The notes beneath the pieces are model-generated. The model was given only the letters and a program-made list of their open reading frames with translations. It ran no database searches and had not been told where the DNA came from. From a virus (lineage: Duplodnaviria > Heunggongvirae > Uroviricota > Caudoviricetes): a DNA stretch of 64,000 nt. Made by a program: the position numbers and the translations under genes. Every line of letters starts with the position of its first letter. Positions within the stretch are counted from its first letter, which is position 1. The DNA lies in IMG/VR virus record IMGVR_UViG_3300028920_001945, positions 1-64,000 of that record; one strand, written 5' to 3'. Shown here piece by piece: positions 9,529 through 19,091 of the stretch.

Positions 9529-9849
9529 ATGAAGATAAGAAGATTCAGTGACTTTATAGATAAGTGGGTTGAATTTACATTACGGACTGGTGATACCTAT
9601 GAGAGTTATTTCATAGGGGAAGATAATGATTGTTATATTTTCTGTGATAATACAGAGGGTGTGGACTATGCTTATCTAGTTAGGAGAGACCATCTAGTTA
9701 TGATGGAAGCTACAAGTAAGGATAATGAAGAAGAAGAAACAACACCTCAAAGAATTCCTACTGTTGTAGTGGGAGCACAAGATTTAAATGGTATGCAAAT
9801 TTCAAGTAATGTAAATTCAGTCTATAAAAATAAGTATAGAGATATATAA
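9529..9849 (+). CDS. hypothetical protein
   Basis: 106-aa ORF. Confidence 0.45.
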   Translation: MKIRRFSDFIDKWVEFTLRTGDTYESYFIGEDNDCYIFCDNTEGVDYAYLVRRDHLVMMEATSKDNEEEETTPQRIPTVVVGAQDLNGMQISSNVNSVYKNKYRDI

Positions 9850-9924
9850 AAATATATATAATGATGGATATTTGATCACAAACTATATAAAGGTTTCTGT
9901 ACTATTAGAGTACATTGGAGGAAG

Positions 9925-10437
9925 GTGAATAAAATGAAAATTTGTGCAAGTTGTAACCAAAAACTTCCATTAAAAGAATTTTGGAAATCCAAATCAAATA
10001 AAGATGGATACCAATCTTATTGTAAATCTTGCATGTACAAATGGAAAGATAATAATAAAAGTAAAGTAAACCTCCATAAACATAAATATAATATATCAGA
10101 TAATAATAAAATAGTTCAGAAGAAATACTACTTGAATAATAAAGAATATATTTCTGATTATTGGAAAACTGAAAAAGGCAAATTTGTTTTAAAGATTAGT
10201 AAATTAAAAAGAAAAGGAATAAGACATTCTTTTACTTATAAAGAATGGATGAATAAAATTAAGGAAACTAATGGTGTTTGTCCAAATTGTGGAGAAAATG
10301 TTGGTATCTATAACTTAACTTTAGACCACATAATACCAATTAACTCAGTTCCAATAGGAACATATTACTCTTTAAAAGAAGTACAACCTCTCTGCAAGAG
10401 CTGTAATAGCTCAAAAGGAGATAAGATAATACTATGA
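9925..10437 (+). CDS. HNH endonuclease with N-terminal Cys-rich zinc-finger region
   Basis: C-terminal CPNCG...LDHIIPI...CKSCNSSKGDK HNH motif. N-terminal CASC...CKSC. Confidence 0.75.
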   Translation: MNKMKICASCNQKLPLKEFWKSKSNKDGYQSYCKSCMYKWKDNNKSKVNLHKHKYNISDNNKIVQKKYYLNNKEYISDYWKTEKGKFVLKISKLKRKGIRHSFTYKEWMNKIKETNGVCPNCGENVGIYNLTLDHIIPINSVPIGTYYSLKEVQPLCKSCNSSKGDKIIL

Positions 10438-10587
10438 CAACAAAAACCGAAGAATATTTTTTATATCAACGATGCAAAAATTGTGGTCAGATTTTAACAG
10501 AAGATGAAATTTGGGACAATGGAGGTCTCTGTGATTATTGCTTTAATGAGGTAAATACTTGGAGAGAAACACCATTCGGAGGATATA

Positions 10588-11091
10588 ATGAAAAACAAAT
10601 ATAGAGGAAAAGTTACAAGAACAAGTGGATGGAGTAGTCAACCAGAATTTGATAATGAATTAAAGGATTATCACATATCAGATTTAGTTTTTTTAAATCA
10701 TAAATATCATGCAGAAATAAGAGACTTTCCAAATCATTTTGATTTAAATGATGAAGATTCTCAACAGTTGTATAAAGAAATGCTTCAGAGAAAGTCAATG
10801 ATAGGAGAGGAATTAAAACATAGGATGATGGATATAAATGCATCTCCCTCTTTTCAGGAACAAGGTAGTTACTATGATCCAGAGACTGGATTAGTAATAG
10901 ATAAACATGGGGATGTAGAATATTCAATAAGCTATAATGAAGATGAGGATGATATTATCTGTAATGAAACTGGCAATTCAACAGAATTATTAGAATCATT
11001 AGAAGATGAAACTGATTATTATTATTACAAATATCACAATAGAAAAGAACTATATAAAGAATGGGATTACATTAAAGATATAAATGAGTAG
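10588..11091 (+). CDS. hypothetical acidic protein
   Basis: 167 aa, D/E-rich C-terminal half. Confidence 0.45.
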   Translation: MKNKYRGKVTRTSGWSSQPEFDNELKDYHISDLVFLNHKYHAEIRDFPNHFDLNDEDSQQLYKEMLQRKSMIGEELKHRMMDINASPSFQEQGSYYDPETGLVIDKHGDVEYSISYNEDEDDIICNETGNSTELLESLEDETDYYYYKYHNRKELYKEWDYIKDINE

Positions 11092-11362
11092 AAGGAAGGG
11101 AACTACTGGCTCTGGTAGAATTGTTTTTGGCAGAACTTATGAGGAAGAGCCCAAGTCAGCTCGAGCCAATAAAAGATATTATCAATTATGGAAATTTGCA
11201 TCCACACTAGAACTCAATGAGATAGAATTTCTTATAACTAAAAGGAAAAATGAATTAAGGTATGAACAAGATAAGGATGAGATAAGAACTCTCAGAACAG
11301 AAATACTTATCTTGGAAGATACCCATAAAATAAAAAGAAAGGAAAAGGAGGAAACAAAATGA
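11084..11362 (+). CDS. hypothetical protein
   Basis: 92 aa, basic. Confidence 0.45.
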   Translation: MSRRKGTTGSGRIVFGRTYEEEPKSARANKRYYQLWKFASTLELNEIEFLITKRKNELRYEQDKDEIRTLRTEILILEDTHKIKRKEKEETK

Positions 11363-11706
11363 GTGAATCACAAAGTAGATATTCAATCGTAGAAAGATTG
11401 ACAAGAACAAAACTAGATATAATGTCGGATAAATCTAATCTCAAGGAAGAAGTCACAACTAAAAGACAGAAGATAACTGACCTTGAAAAAGATTTAGCTA
11501 ATTATCTAGAGGACTACGAAGTAACTAAACAAAGAGAAGAAAGACAAAGAAAAATAAACATAGAGAAAGCACAGAGAGACTTAAAGAATGCAGAAGAACG
11601 ACTTTCAGCAAAAGAGAAAGTCTTGGATGAAAAAATAAAAACTATTGAAGAATCTCTAAAGTCAATCGAAGAAATAAGCAAAACAAGTCCAACAATTAAT
11701 AAATAA
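11359..11706 (+). CDS. hypothetical coiled-coil protein
   Basis: 115 aa with a K/E-rich heptad pattern. Confidence 0.45.
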   Translation: MSESQSRYSIVERLTRTKLDIMSDKSNLKEEVTTKRQKITDLEKDLANYLEDYEVTKQREERQRKINIEKAQRDLKNAEERLSAKEKVLDEKIKTIEESLKSIEEISKTSPTINK

Positions 11707-11913
11707 GAGTCCACGAACAATACTAAGAAGCCATGTGCTTGTGGATTGATTTGGTAGAAATTTTGCAATGCCATGTGCTGCAGACCCGCATGGGTTCAAT
11801 TCCCATGAATGATGGAGGTAAAATCTCCATCTAAAGGGTATTTAGGTTTAATAAATAAAAAATAAAGGAGAAAAAGAAATGAAAGAAAATATATATAAAG
11901 GAGGCAAGAGTTT

Positions 11914-12582
11914 ATGAAAGAGCTCGACGACAAAATGTTTGGTGACATACTAGCAAATAGTGGGTCACAATATTTCTTCCATAAGGAAGACACAGGAGAA
12001 GTAACATTAGTATTTAAGTCTGGGATTGTAAAGGTTGAACCTGGTGAAGAAGATTCAGCAGGTAGAATCTGGAGTCCTAAACTTACAGATGCTAATGGCA
12101 ATCCATTATTGGATTGGAATGGAAATCCCAAAGAACCTTGGTCTAAATTTGAAGCAGAGGTTCTTATAGAAGGAGCACCAAATATCTATAGTTTCTCTGG
12201 AGAGAAATCATCTGTCCTTAGAAACTTTATAATGGCCATGAAAAAAGAAGGTATTTCTAATGATGAATTACCGGGAACTATCTGGTCAATAGATAGAATT
12301 GGTAAATGGGATTGGAATATAAAGTATTTAGGAAGAGAGGAGCAAGACTCCTCTTCTTCTTCAGTTTCAGAACCTAAAGAAGAGAATCCAGAAATTAAAA
12401 AGATACAGGAAGCTCTACAGGTTAAAAAAGATCAGTCTTCAGATGGAATACCTGAGAATGACCTTATAGGTTATATATCATTTATTCTACATAAAAAGTC
12501 AGATGAAGTTAAGGATATGATGCCAGAGCTCATAGATAAAGGACTTTTAAAGAAAGAGAATAATTTGATCTATATACAATGA
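11914..12582 (+). CDS. hypothetical protein (first gene of replication module)
   Basis: Strong AAAGGAGG SD. 222 aa with a Ser-rich acidic linker. Confidence 0.5.
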   Translation: MKELDDKMFGDILANSGSQYFFHKEDTGEVTLVFKSGIVKVEPGEEDSAGRIWSPKLTDANGNPLLDWNGNPKEPWSKFEAEVLIEGAPNIYSFSGEKSSVLRNFIMAMKKEGISNDELPGTIWSIDRIGKWDWNIKYLGREEQDSSSSSVSEPKEENPEIKKIQEALQVKKDQSSDGIPENDLIGYISFILHKKSDEVKDMMPELIDKGLLKKENNLIYIQ

Positions 12583-12593
12583 GGTGATTCATA

Positions 12594-13496
12594 ATGGTTA
12601 CAATCAGATGTCATCATGACGCTGACGGTATAACTACTGGATACTTTACAGCATATGGAGTACCAGGAGCAAAATTAGAAATCTGGGATGGAAAGTTTGG
12701 TGATACTACAGGTCTCAAAGAAGGAGACTATATGGTGGACATGAGACCAATTCAGAATATGAAGGGTCTTAATGTAATAGATCATCATGGTCCTCATAGA
12801 GAGGATAGAAAATATAATCTTATTATAGATGAAGTTCCAGCTAGTCTAATTGCTTGGAGAGAATTCAAGGATGATATACCAAAAGCAGAGTGGTGGAAAT
12901 TAGCAATAGGTCTAATGGGAGATGGACAACCGGAACTTATACCAACAGAAGTATTTGACTCATGTCCTCAGCTCTTAACTAAAATAAAGACAAGTAGTTA
13001 TTCAAGTTATGGTAAGTGGAAGATAGGATATTATCCTGTCTATAAGTTGCTATCATCATACGTAAATTCTTTTTTAAGAATTGGAAAGCACGATGAAGCA
13101 ATCAATTTAATATCTTATAGTCAGAATCCTATAAACATATTACATTCTAGTAAGGCTATAGTAGCTAAAATAGAAGTAAAGAAAGATTTTGAAAATATTG
13201 TTAAAACTTGCGATAGCTATCAATTTGAAAATCTAGCTGTATTTATTTTTAATTCAGATTTTAGGATGACTGGTTATGTTGCTTCAGCATTGCAAGATTC
13301 TGTGGAGGGTAAACCCATTATAGCGATTAATAGAAAGGATGGGTCAGGTTCTCTAAGAGGAGACTTAGCATATTACTGGAGAGACAAACTTAAACATCTA
13401 GAATATATTACGGTAGATGGACATCCAGGATTCTGTGGATTAACCTGTACAGCAAATCCAGATACATTCATTGAGGACTTGATTAAGTTATTATGA
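12594..13496 (+). CDS. DHH-family phosphoesterase (RecJ/Cdc45-like nuclease)
   Basis: Motif I CHHDADGIT, DHH motif IDHHGPH and spacing typical of the RecJ/Cdc45/GAN core. Confidence 0.7.
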   Translation: MVTIRCHHDADGITTGYFTAYGVPGAKLEIWDGKFGDTTGLKEGDYMVDMRPIQNMKGLNVIDHHGPHREDRKYNLIIDEVPASLIAWREFKDDIPKAEWWKLAIGLMGDGQPELIPTEVFDSCPQLLTKIKTSSYSSYGKWKIGYYPVYKLLSSYVNSFLRIGKHDEAINLISYSQNPINILHSSKAIVAKIEVKKDFENIVKTCDSYQFENLAVFIFNSDFRMTGYVASALQDSVEGKPIIAINRKDGSGSLRGDLAYYWRDKLKHLEYITVDGHPGFCGLTCTANPDTFIEDLIKLL

Positions 13497-14536
13497 GGAT
13501 TAAGGAATTATTCTATGACAACATCGGAATCGCACGAGCTGTTATTGAAAGCGATAGCGGAGCTGAGTATTGCACGAGCGTGGACAGTGAACTGTTTCGT
13601 TCTTGGTGTAGCTGCCCCTACTATGTATTCAATAACTCAAATTGTAAACACATAATTCACTTAATGAATAATTTGGAATATGATAAAATGGCTAAGAAAG
13701 ATAATTTAAAATTTGTAGCAACTGGTAGTAAAACAATTGATGAATTACTGGGTGGAGGAATTCCATACGGTATAGTTACTGCTATATTTGGTGAACCAAC
13801 TTCTGGAAAGACCATGTTTGGTAAACAGATGGGATTAGTTAATATTGCTGAGACAGGTAAGAAAACTATCCTTATAGAAACAGAAGGTCTTAGAGATTAT
13901 GATACTAAGTTACTACTCTATAGATTTATGAATAGATGGAACTTAGATAAGAAAACTGTTGATGATAACTTTATCATTAAACATACTCTAGGAGATGTGC
14001 AGTTACAATCAATTCAAAAACTACTTCAGATGTTTGGATATATGGCTACCTTTGATATATCTAAAAATGGTAAGTATTCTGTTAAGTTTCAAAACTGTAC
14101 TCCCAGTATTAAGGATAAGGAATTAGAAGATACCGGTATGATTGTTCTGGATAGTCTCACTAAACCCATAAAGGATTCAGTAGGATCAGAAACCCAGAAT
14201 CTACCTGCAAGAGCTCAGTTAACTGAACGATTGTTCGGTAAATTATATCATACTGCCATGATACATAACATAGCTATCTTGGTAATTCATCATGCATCCA
14301 TTAATCCCATGATGCCCTTTGGTAGAGACTTAGGAAAACCCTATGGAGGTAATCCAGTCTTATATAATTCAAAGTATGCTATGGAATTTATAGATGCACC
14401 CAATAAAGTCAAGAATGAAACTGGATGGGGAGAGGAAGCTAGAAGAGTAAAGCTTCTACGTAGACCTGATGAACCCTATACAGGAGAACTCTTTCCAATA
14501 AGACTTAAAAAAGATTGGGGATATTGTGAAGAGTGA
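13493..14536 (+). CDS. RecA/RadA-superfamily ATPase with N-terminal SWIM-type zinc finger
   Basis: CSCPYYVFNNSNCKH (CxCx10CxH), Walker A GEPTSGKT and Walker B IVLDSLT. Confidence 0.65.
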   Translation: MRIKELFYDNIGIARAVIESDSGAEYCTSVDSELFRSWCSCPYYVFNNSNCKHIIHLMNNLEYDKMAKKDNLKFVATGSKTIDELLGGGIPYGIVTAIFGEPTSGKTMFGKQMGLVNIAETGKKTILIETEGLRDYDTKLLLYRFMNRWNLDKKTVDDNFIIKHTLGDVQLQSIQKLLQMFGYMATFDISKNGKYSVKFQNCTPSIKDKELEDTGMIVLDSLTKPIKDSVGSETQNLPARAQLTERLFGKLYHTAMIHNIAILVIHHASINPMMPFGRDLGKPYGGNPVLYNSKYAMEFIDAPNKVKNETGWGEEARRVKLLRRPDEPYTGELFPIRLKKDWGYCEE

Positions 14537-14783
14537 TGTGATGACTATAGAAAACATAGCTAGAGCACTTGCAACTCTAATTAGGTCAGGTTACTCACCA
14601 AATAATATAACATTAGATCCTAATATAGTTGCAGATTTATTTAGTAAAGAAGTTATCTTAAAGGATGGAAATAAGGTAATGATGTCCATGGAAGAATACC
14701 ATGAGTATGTATTAAATTTTAATCCTCCAGATAAAGACAATCTGGAGGAATTTAATAATAAGAAAATGGTGTTAGAGTTATGA
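14526..14783 (+). CDS. hypothetical protein
   Basis: 85 aa. Ends KKMVLEL with an ATGA overlap. Confidence 0.45.
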   Translation: MKSDVMTIENIARALATLIRSGYSPNNITLDPNIVADLFSKEVILKDGNKVMMSMEEYHEYVLNFNPPDKDNLEEFNNKKMVLEL

Positions 14784-15133
14784 ACTATACATATAGTAAT
14801 AATACATCTAATATTAGTTGGACATCCACTACATCAACTAGCGATGGTACATATTGGGAATATAAACCTAAGAAATATAAGGATTGGTCATACAATAGAT
14901 TTAAAGAATGGGAAATATATCCTTGGAGACCATCTAAAGAAGATAGAGGTCATGGAAAATCAGTAGATCCAAGAGAAATATTTAATGAAGTTACAGCTAT
15001 AAAGACTAAGGATGGAGAGAATCTAGATTTAACTTATGGGCAAATCTATGAGATAGAAAAGATGACTGGTAAATCCATAGAAGAATTAACTGAAGAAGAA
15101 ATCAAAGAACAACTTATGGTATTGGAATTATAA
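14780..15133 (+). CDS. hypothetical protein
   Basis: 117 aa. Ends LMVLEL. Confidence 0.45.
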   Translation: MNYTYSNNTSNISWTSTTSTSDGTYWEYKPKKYKDWSYNRFKEWEIYPWRPSKEDRGHGKSVDPREIFNEVTAIKTKDGENLDLTYGQIYEIEKMTGKSIEELTEEEIKEQLMVLEL

Positions 15134-15348
15134 TGTTAGGTGAATGTAAACCAAACGATTCTATAACAGCAGATGATTGCAATAGATTCAAGGCAGATAA
15201 ATTCAAGGTTAGTTTTAATTTAATGAATGGAATGGAAGTAGAATTATCCTTTGAAGAGTATATATTCTATGTACTCATGTATCAAAGATTACCTTCAGAA
15301 TGTAATATAGATGAATTCAAAGAATATAAATTGATGTGTGAAATATGA
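15133..15348 (+). CDS. hypothetical protein
   Basis: 71 aa. Confidence 0.4.
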   Translation: MLGECKPNDSITADDCNRFKADKFKVSFNLMNGMEVELSFEEYIFYVLMYQRLPSECNIDEFKEYKLMCEI

Positions 15349-15614
15349 AATTAAATAAAGGACCAGATGGATTTCTTTACGAAGCTACTTTACAAGATGG
15401 AGAAGAAATAGTAGTATTTCCGAGAGCAACAATACCATCCTGGTATCAATCAAATGATAGTAAGAAGGAAGAACAACGCACTTATGCATATTTATTATTT
15501 AGGAATAGTAAAAATGTATATAAAATTACTAATGAAGACTTTGAACAACTCAAAGATGATGAATTTGAATCTGAACAAGACTTAGTGGATAAACTATTGG
15601 TGGCTAAAATATGA
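15345..15614 (+). CDS. hypothetical protein
   Basis: 89 aa. Confidence 0.45.
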   Translation: MKLNKGPDGFLYEATLQDGEEIVVFPRATIPSWYQSNDSKKEEQRTYAYLLFRNSKNVYKITNEDFEQLKDDEFESEQDLVDKLLVAKI

Positions 15615-15746
15615 GAATCAGATGGATATTTGATAAACATAAAAAGACTATCAGTGATATATTGGTGAGATGGAAATGTTAATAGTATGTCATAATTGTG
15701 GTTGGAAAAGAGATACATCAGAACTGGATAAACATAATATAACTAA

Positions 15747-16076
15747 TTGCCCAAGATGTGGAGCACCATTATTTGGAGATGGAATTGGATTAGCATGGGT
15801 AAAGTAAGAGCAGATTATATTAAGAATAACTGTAAAGAAATATACCATTATTATTCAAATGAAGTAACAACTGATTTTGAATCCAACAAACAATTATTGA
15901 TGAAAGTAACTGATGTTAAGAATAAACGATTAAAAAACAGAATGGCTGGATATCTTGTTATTATAAAGAAAAAGGAAGGAAGAATAATTATACCTCCCAA
16001 GAAAGAGAAGAAGGCTAGAACTAAAAAGGAAAGAAAGAAAAATAGAAAAAGACAAGATAAAAAATGGATAGGATAA
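15747..16076 (+). CDS. hypothetical highly basic protein (K/R-rich tail)
   Basis: C-terminal KKKEGRIIIPPKKEKKARTKKERKKNRKRQDKK. The start may instead be the internal ATG near 15797. Confidence 0.4.
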   Translation: MPKMWSTIIWRWNWISMGKVRADYIKNNCKEIYHYYSNEVTTDFESNKQLLMKVTDVKNKRLKNRMAGYLVIIKKKEGRIIIPPKKEKKARTKKERKKNRKRQDKKWIG

Positions 16077-16077
16077 T

Positions 16078-16275
16078 ATGAGTTTATTTAAAAAAGAAAT
16101 GAGAGATGAAGAATACTTTTATAATATGATAAGTGAATTAACTCCTCTAGAGTTAATGGCTTTGACTAGAGCTTTCGTAAAATTTATGGGAGAATTTAAA
16201 AATATTTCTGCTGACCTATCTCAGTATAATAAAGTAGAAACTGATGATGGGAAGCCTAGAAAAGAGATATCCTAA
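16078..16275 (+). CDS. hypothetical protein
   Basis: 65 aa. Confidence 0.4.
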   Translation: MSLFKKEMRDEEYFYNMISELTPLELMALTRAFVKFMGEFKNISADLSQYNKVETDDGKPRKEIS

Positions 16276-16904
16276 TGATATTAGTAGATTCTAGAGAACC
16301 TAATAAGATTATAAAATCTCTTAAAGATAAAAAGTTAGAAGTAAAAGAAGATTTTCTTGAAGTAGGAGATTATCTCTTAGACAATGGATATGCTATTGAA
16401 AGAAAAGATAAAGATTTAATAGCATCAATACAATCGAATAGATTATATGAACAGTTGAATAATTTATGTAAGTTTGAACATCCAGTATTATGTATAACAT
16501 TACAAGACTTATGGAAGACATTCTACTTTAGTAGAAGTAGATATATACATAGAAGTTATCTGGGTACATTAACCACTTTAACGACTAAATACCCAAACTT
16601 GAAGATTATGTTTCTTCAGGACGAAGAGGAATTTATAAGTTATATAGTTAGTCTAGATAAAAAAATCCATGAGAGTGGAAATAAAGAACGTCCAGCTCCA
16701 ATAATGAGGAGAGCCAAATCTATTAAGACCAGAAAAGAAAATGCCCTGACGGCCATAGAAGGGGTCTCTGTGGGCAAATCTAAGAAGCTATTAGAAGAGT
16801 TTGGATCTATAAGAAATATAGCTAACGCTAAATTAGCTGACCTACAGAAAGTAGATGGAGTAGGAAAGAAATTAGCAGAAAAAATAATGGAGACACTGAA
16901 CTAA
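16275..16904 (+). CDS. XPF/Hef/Mus81-family ERCC4 nuclease with C-terminal (HhH)2 (short archaeal-type XPF architecture)
   Basis: ILVDSRE, GDYLL and ERKDKD catalytic motifs. C-terminal tandem helix-hairpin-helix (GVSVGKSKKLL...VDGVGKKLAEKI). Confidence 0.8.
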   Translation: MILVDSREPNKIIKSLKDKKLEVKEDFLEVGDYLLDNGYAIERKDKDLIASIQSNRLYEQLNNLCKFEHPVLCITLQDLWKTFYFSRSRYIHRSYLGTLTTLTTKYPNLKIMFLQDEEEFISYIVSLDKKIHESGNKERPAPIMRRAKSIKTRKENALTAIEGVSVGKSKKLLEEFGSIRNIANAKLADLQKVDGVGKKLAEKIMETLN

Positions 16905-17239
16905 TGAGTATATTTAAAATATATAAACTATCAGCAACTAAGTACTTAGATAAATATTATTGTCAGATAAACAAAAGCTATGAATTAGATTTTTATACTG
17001 ACAGTAAACATTTAGCTAAATATCAGAAGGATGTAGAAGAAGGTAAGTCTAAATATGTTACTTTCTTGAATAAGGAAGATAATTTAAGAGAACAGGGATT
17101 AACTGTTCTAAGAAGTGAAATAAATAGCTTCACTTGGAAACAAGATTATAATAGTTTCTATGAAGCTTATAGAACACCAGAACAAAAACTAGCAAAGGAA
17201 AAAGAATTGCTAGCTGATGGCTGGATAATAAAGGAATAA
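16904..17239 (+). CDS. hypothetical protein
   Basis: 111 aa. Confidence 0.45.
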   Translation: MSIFKIYKLSATKYLDKYYCQINKSYELDFYTDSKHLAKYQKDVEEGKSKYVTFLNKEDNLREQGLTVLRSEINSFTWKQDYNSFYEAYRTPEQKLAKEKELLADGWIIKE

Positions 17240-17256
17240 AAAAGGAGGAAAAACAT

Positions 17257-17790
17257 ATGACAAAATATAACATAAACGAACTACTCGAAAAGAAAAAAGA
17301 ACTCGAAGAACAAATTTTTGAAAAAGTAAGCTCCGTGAATGGAGAGGAACTTAAGTACAGAAAAGATGTAACTATTGATCATACAAGAGAAGATAGAACA
17401 TCTGAATATGTACCTAGACCAAAACAAAATATAGACCAATTCACTCAAGAGACATTCGGTCTTATAGATGAATTAGTTAAGGTCAAAACTGCTATTCAAA
17501 AATACAATGCTCAAAAAGTATTGGGTGAGCTACAGAAAAGAGAAGCAGTAAGAATCAAACATAAATATCTTGATTCTATAAAACACAATCTACCAGAAAA
17601 CAAAGAACACAAGAGACAAGTTACAAGGCAAGATAAAGATGGTGTTGCTTTAGAGACAACTGAAATTACAGTAGAACCTATGTTCGAGAAAAAAGACGTT
17701 GAGAAACGTATGAACGAATTTGCAGCTCAAGAGAGAAAAATAAATACTGATATTCAGAAACAAAACCTAAACGCTAAGATACAACTTTAG
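17257..17790 (+). CDS. hypothetical coiled-coil protein
   Basis: 177 aa with a strong AAAAGGAGG SD. Confidence 0.45.
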   Translation: MTKYNINELLEKKKELEEQIFEKVSSVNGEELKYRKDVTIDHTREDRTSEYVPRPKQNIDQFTQETFGLIDELVKVKTAIQKYNAQKVLGELQKREAVRIKHKYLDSIKHNLPENKEHKRQVTRQDKDGVALETTEITVEPMFEKKDVEKRMNEFAAQERKINTDIQKQNLNAKIQL

Positions 17791-17890
17791 ACTCACTTCG
17801 GTGAGAGATAGCAGGGGCAAAGGTGAGAGGTTTGAGAAGTTTAGCCTCTTTAAATAACTAAGCTTCATCCGTTGCATGGAATGCAACCAA

Positions 17891-17962
17891 ATAGATATAG
17901 GGTAATGGTTATCCCACAAGCCTCTGGAGCTTGATATCTCGGTTCGAATCCGAGTGTCTTTT
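17891..17962 (+). tRNA. tRNA-Gln(CUG)-like gene
   Basis: Hand-folded cloverleaf. Acceptor ATAGATA/TGTCTTT has one T-T mismatch. D-arm GGGT-AATGGTTA-TCCC (A14, G18G19, A21). Perfect anticodon stem CAAGC/GCTTG with loop CTCTGGA (U33, anticodon CTG). Variable loop ATAT. T-arm CTCGG-TTCGAAT-CCGAG. No encoded CCA. Confidence 0.55.
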
Positions 17963-18246
17963 GGATTGTATACCAACCTAGAGCTACTTAGACAACATAG
18001 AACTAAGTACCAAATTGACAATTCACTACAAAAACAATTTCACTAACTCACTACTAACAGATTTACTATTTACAGTTTATCCACCGACCTTTGACTGCTA
18101 TCTTAAACTTTATGCAATCGGGATGTAAAGAGCTAAAGGATAAGCCTCCAGGCTCATAAGATGCTATAATTGCCTATGTGTGGCCACCACAAAGTTAGGA
18201 TTCCCTACAAGGCCCTAATTGATGCATCTGAGAAACCTGGGTGTTT

Positions 18247-18271
18247 GCAGGTTCAATTCCTGTCATCCCCA
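18247..18271 (+). other. tRNA 3'-half-like element (T-arm plus acceptor 3' strand); 5' half not contiguous
   Basis: GCAGG-TTCAATT-CCTGT T-arm followed by CATCCCC-A. A complementary CGGGATG lies about 130 nt upstream at 18119-18125. Confidence 0.35.
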
Positions 18272-18346
18272 TTAAAACCCAGAAAAAATATCAAAAAGAA
18301 AAATGTAAAATGAATGTAATAAAAATATAAAGAAGGAGGAAAAAAT

Positions 18347-19015
18347 ATGACAAATATAAATATATTAGGTACTATAGCAATTGTTCTTGCTCTTATAGCA
18401 GTAGCTCTTGGAGGCTATGCAATATACGATAAGAAAGGAGAACAAGGAGAAGTAGGACCTATAGGATTAGAAGGTCCAATGGGACCAATGGGTCCACAAG
18501 GAGAGCAAGGTCCACCTGGAGAAGATGGCCTTGATGGAATTGATGGAGTCGATGGTGCAGTAGGACCACCTGGACCTAAAGGTAATAAAGGTAATCAGGG
18601 TAATCAAGGAAATCCTGGAGAGCAAGGCCCACAGGGAGAACCTGGAATTGATGGTGTAGATTTAGAACCTAATGATGCACCAGTAATAACTGTAGATGAT
18701 ACAGCTAGTTATGTAGAAGGCTGTGGAAAATATGATGATTATTGGTTCTCTATAGCTATAACTACAACTGATATAGAAGACGATTCCAGAAAAATCTGTT
18801 TATATTACAGATGGGATGAAATTGATCCATGGAATCTAGAGAAATCTTGGCCATTCTTAACTAATGCAGACATCATAACTGATTGGGAAGAGAATAAAGG
18901 TAATGAATATGGAGAAAATACAGAAACTCTTTATTGGTTAGTAGAAGTAATGGATGGAGAGAATCTAGTTTATCAGCAAGGTGAAACATCCTTAACAAAA
19001 CCTTTGTGTCCATAA
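18347..19015 (+). CDS. collagen-like triple-helix repeat protein with N-terminal membrane anchor
   Basis: About 35 uninterrupted G-X-Y triplets ([31 protein letters not shown]...). N-terminal hydrophobic helix. C-terminal about 110-aa globular domain. Confidence 0.85.
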   Translation: MTNINILGTIAIVLALIAVALGGYAIYDKKGEQGEVGPIGLEGPMGPMGPQGEQGPPGEDGLDGIDGVDGAVGPPGPKGNKGNQGNQGNPGEQGPQGEPGIDGVDLEPNDAPVITVDDTASYVEGCGKYDDYWFSIAITTTDIEDDSRKICLYYRWDEIDPWNLEKSWPFLTNADIITDWEENKGNEYGENTETLYWLVEVMDGENLVYQQGETSLTKPLCP

Positions 19016-19021
19016 AGAAAT

Positions 19022-19047
19022 AGGGAATAATCCCTTCTTTTTTCTTT
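19022..19047 (+). terminator. intrinsic terminator
   Basis: AGGGA-ATAA-TCCCT hairpin followed by TCTTTTTTCTTT, 7 nt after the collagen-like stop. Confidence 0.6.
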
Positions 19048-19091
19048 ACATGATTGTATGTTTAAATTAATTAAATAATATGGAATAATTT

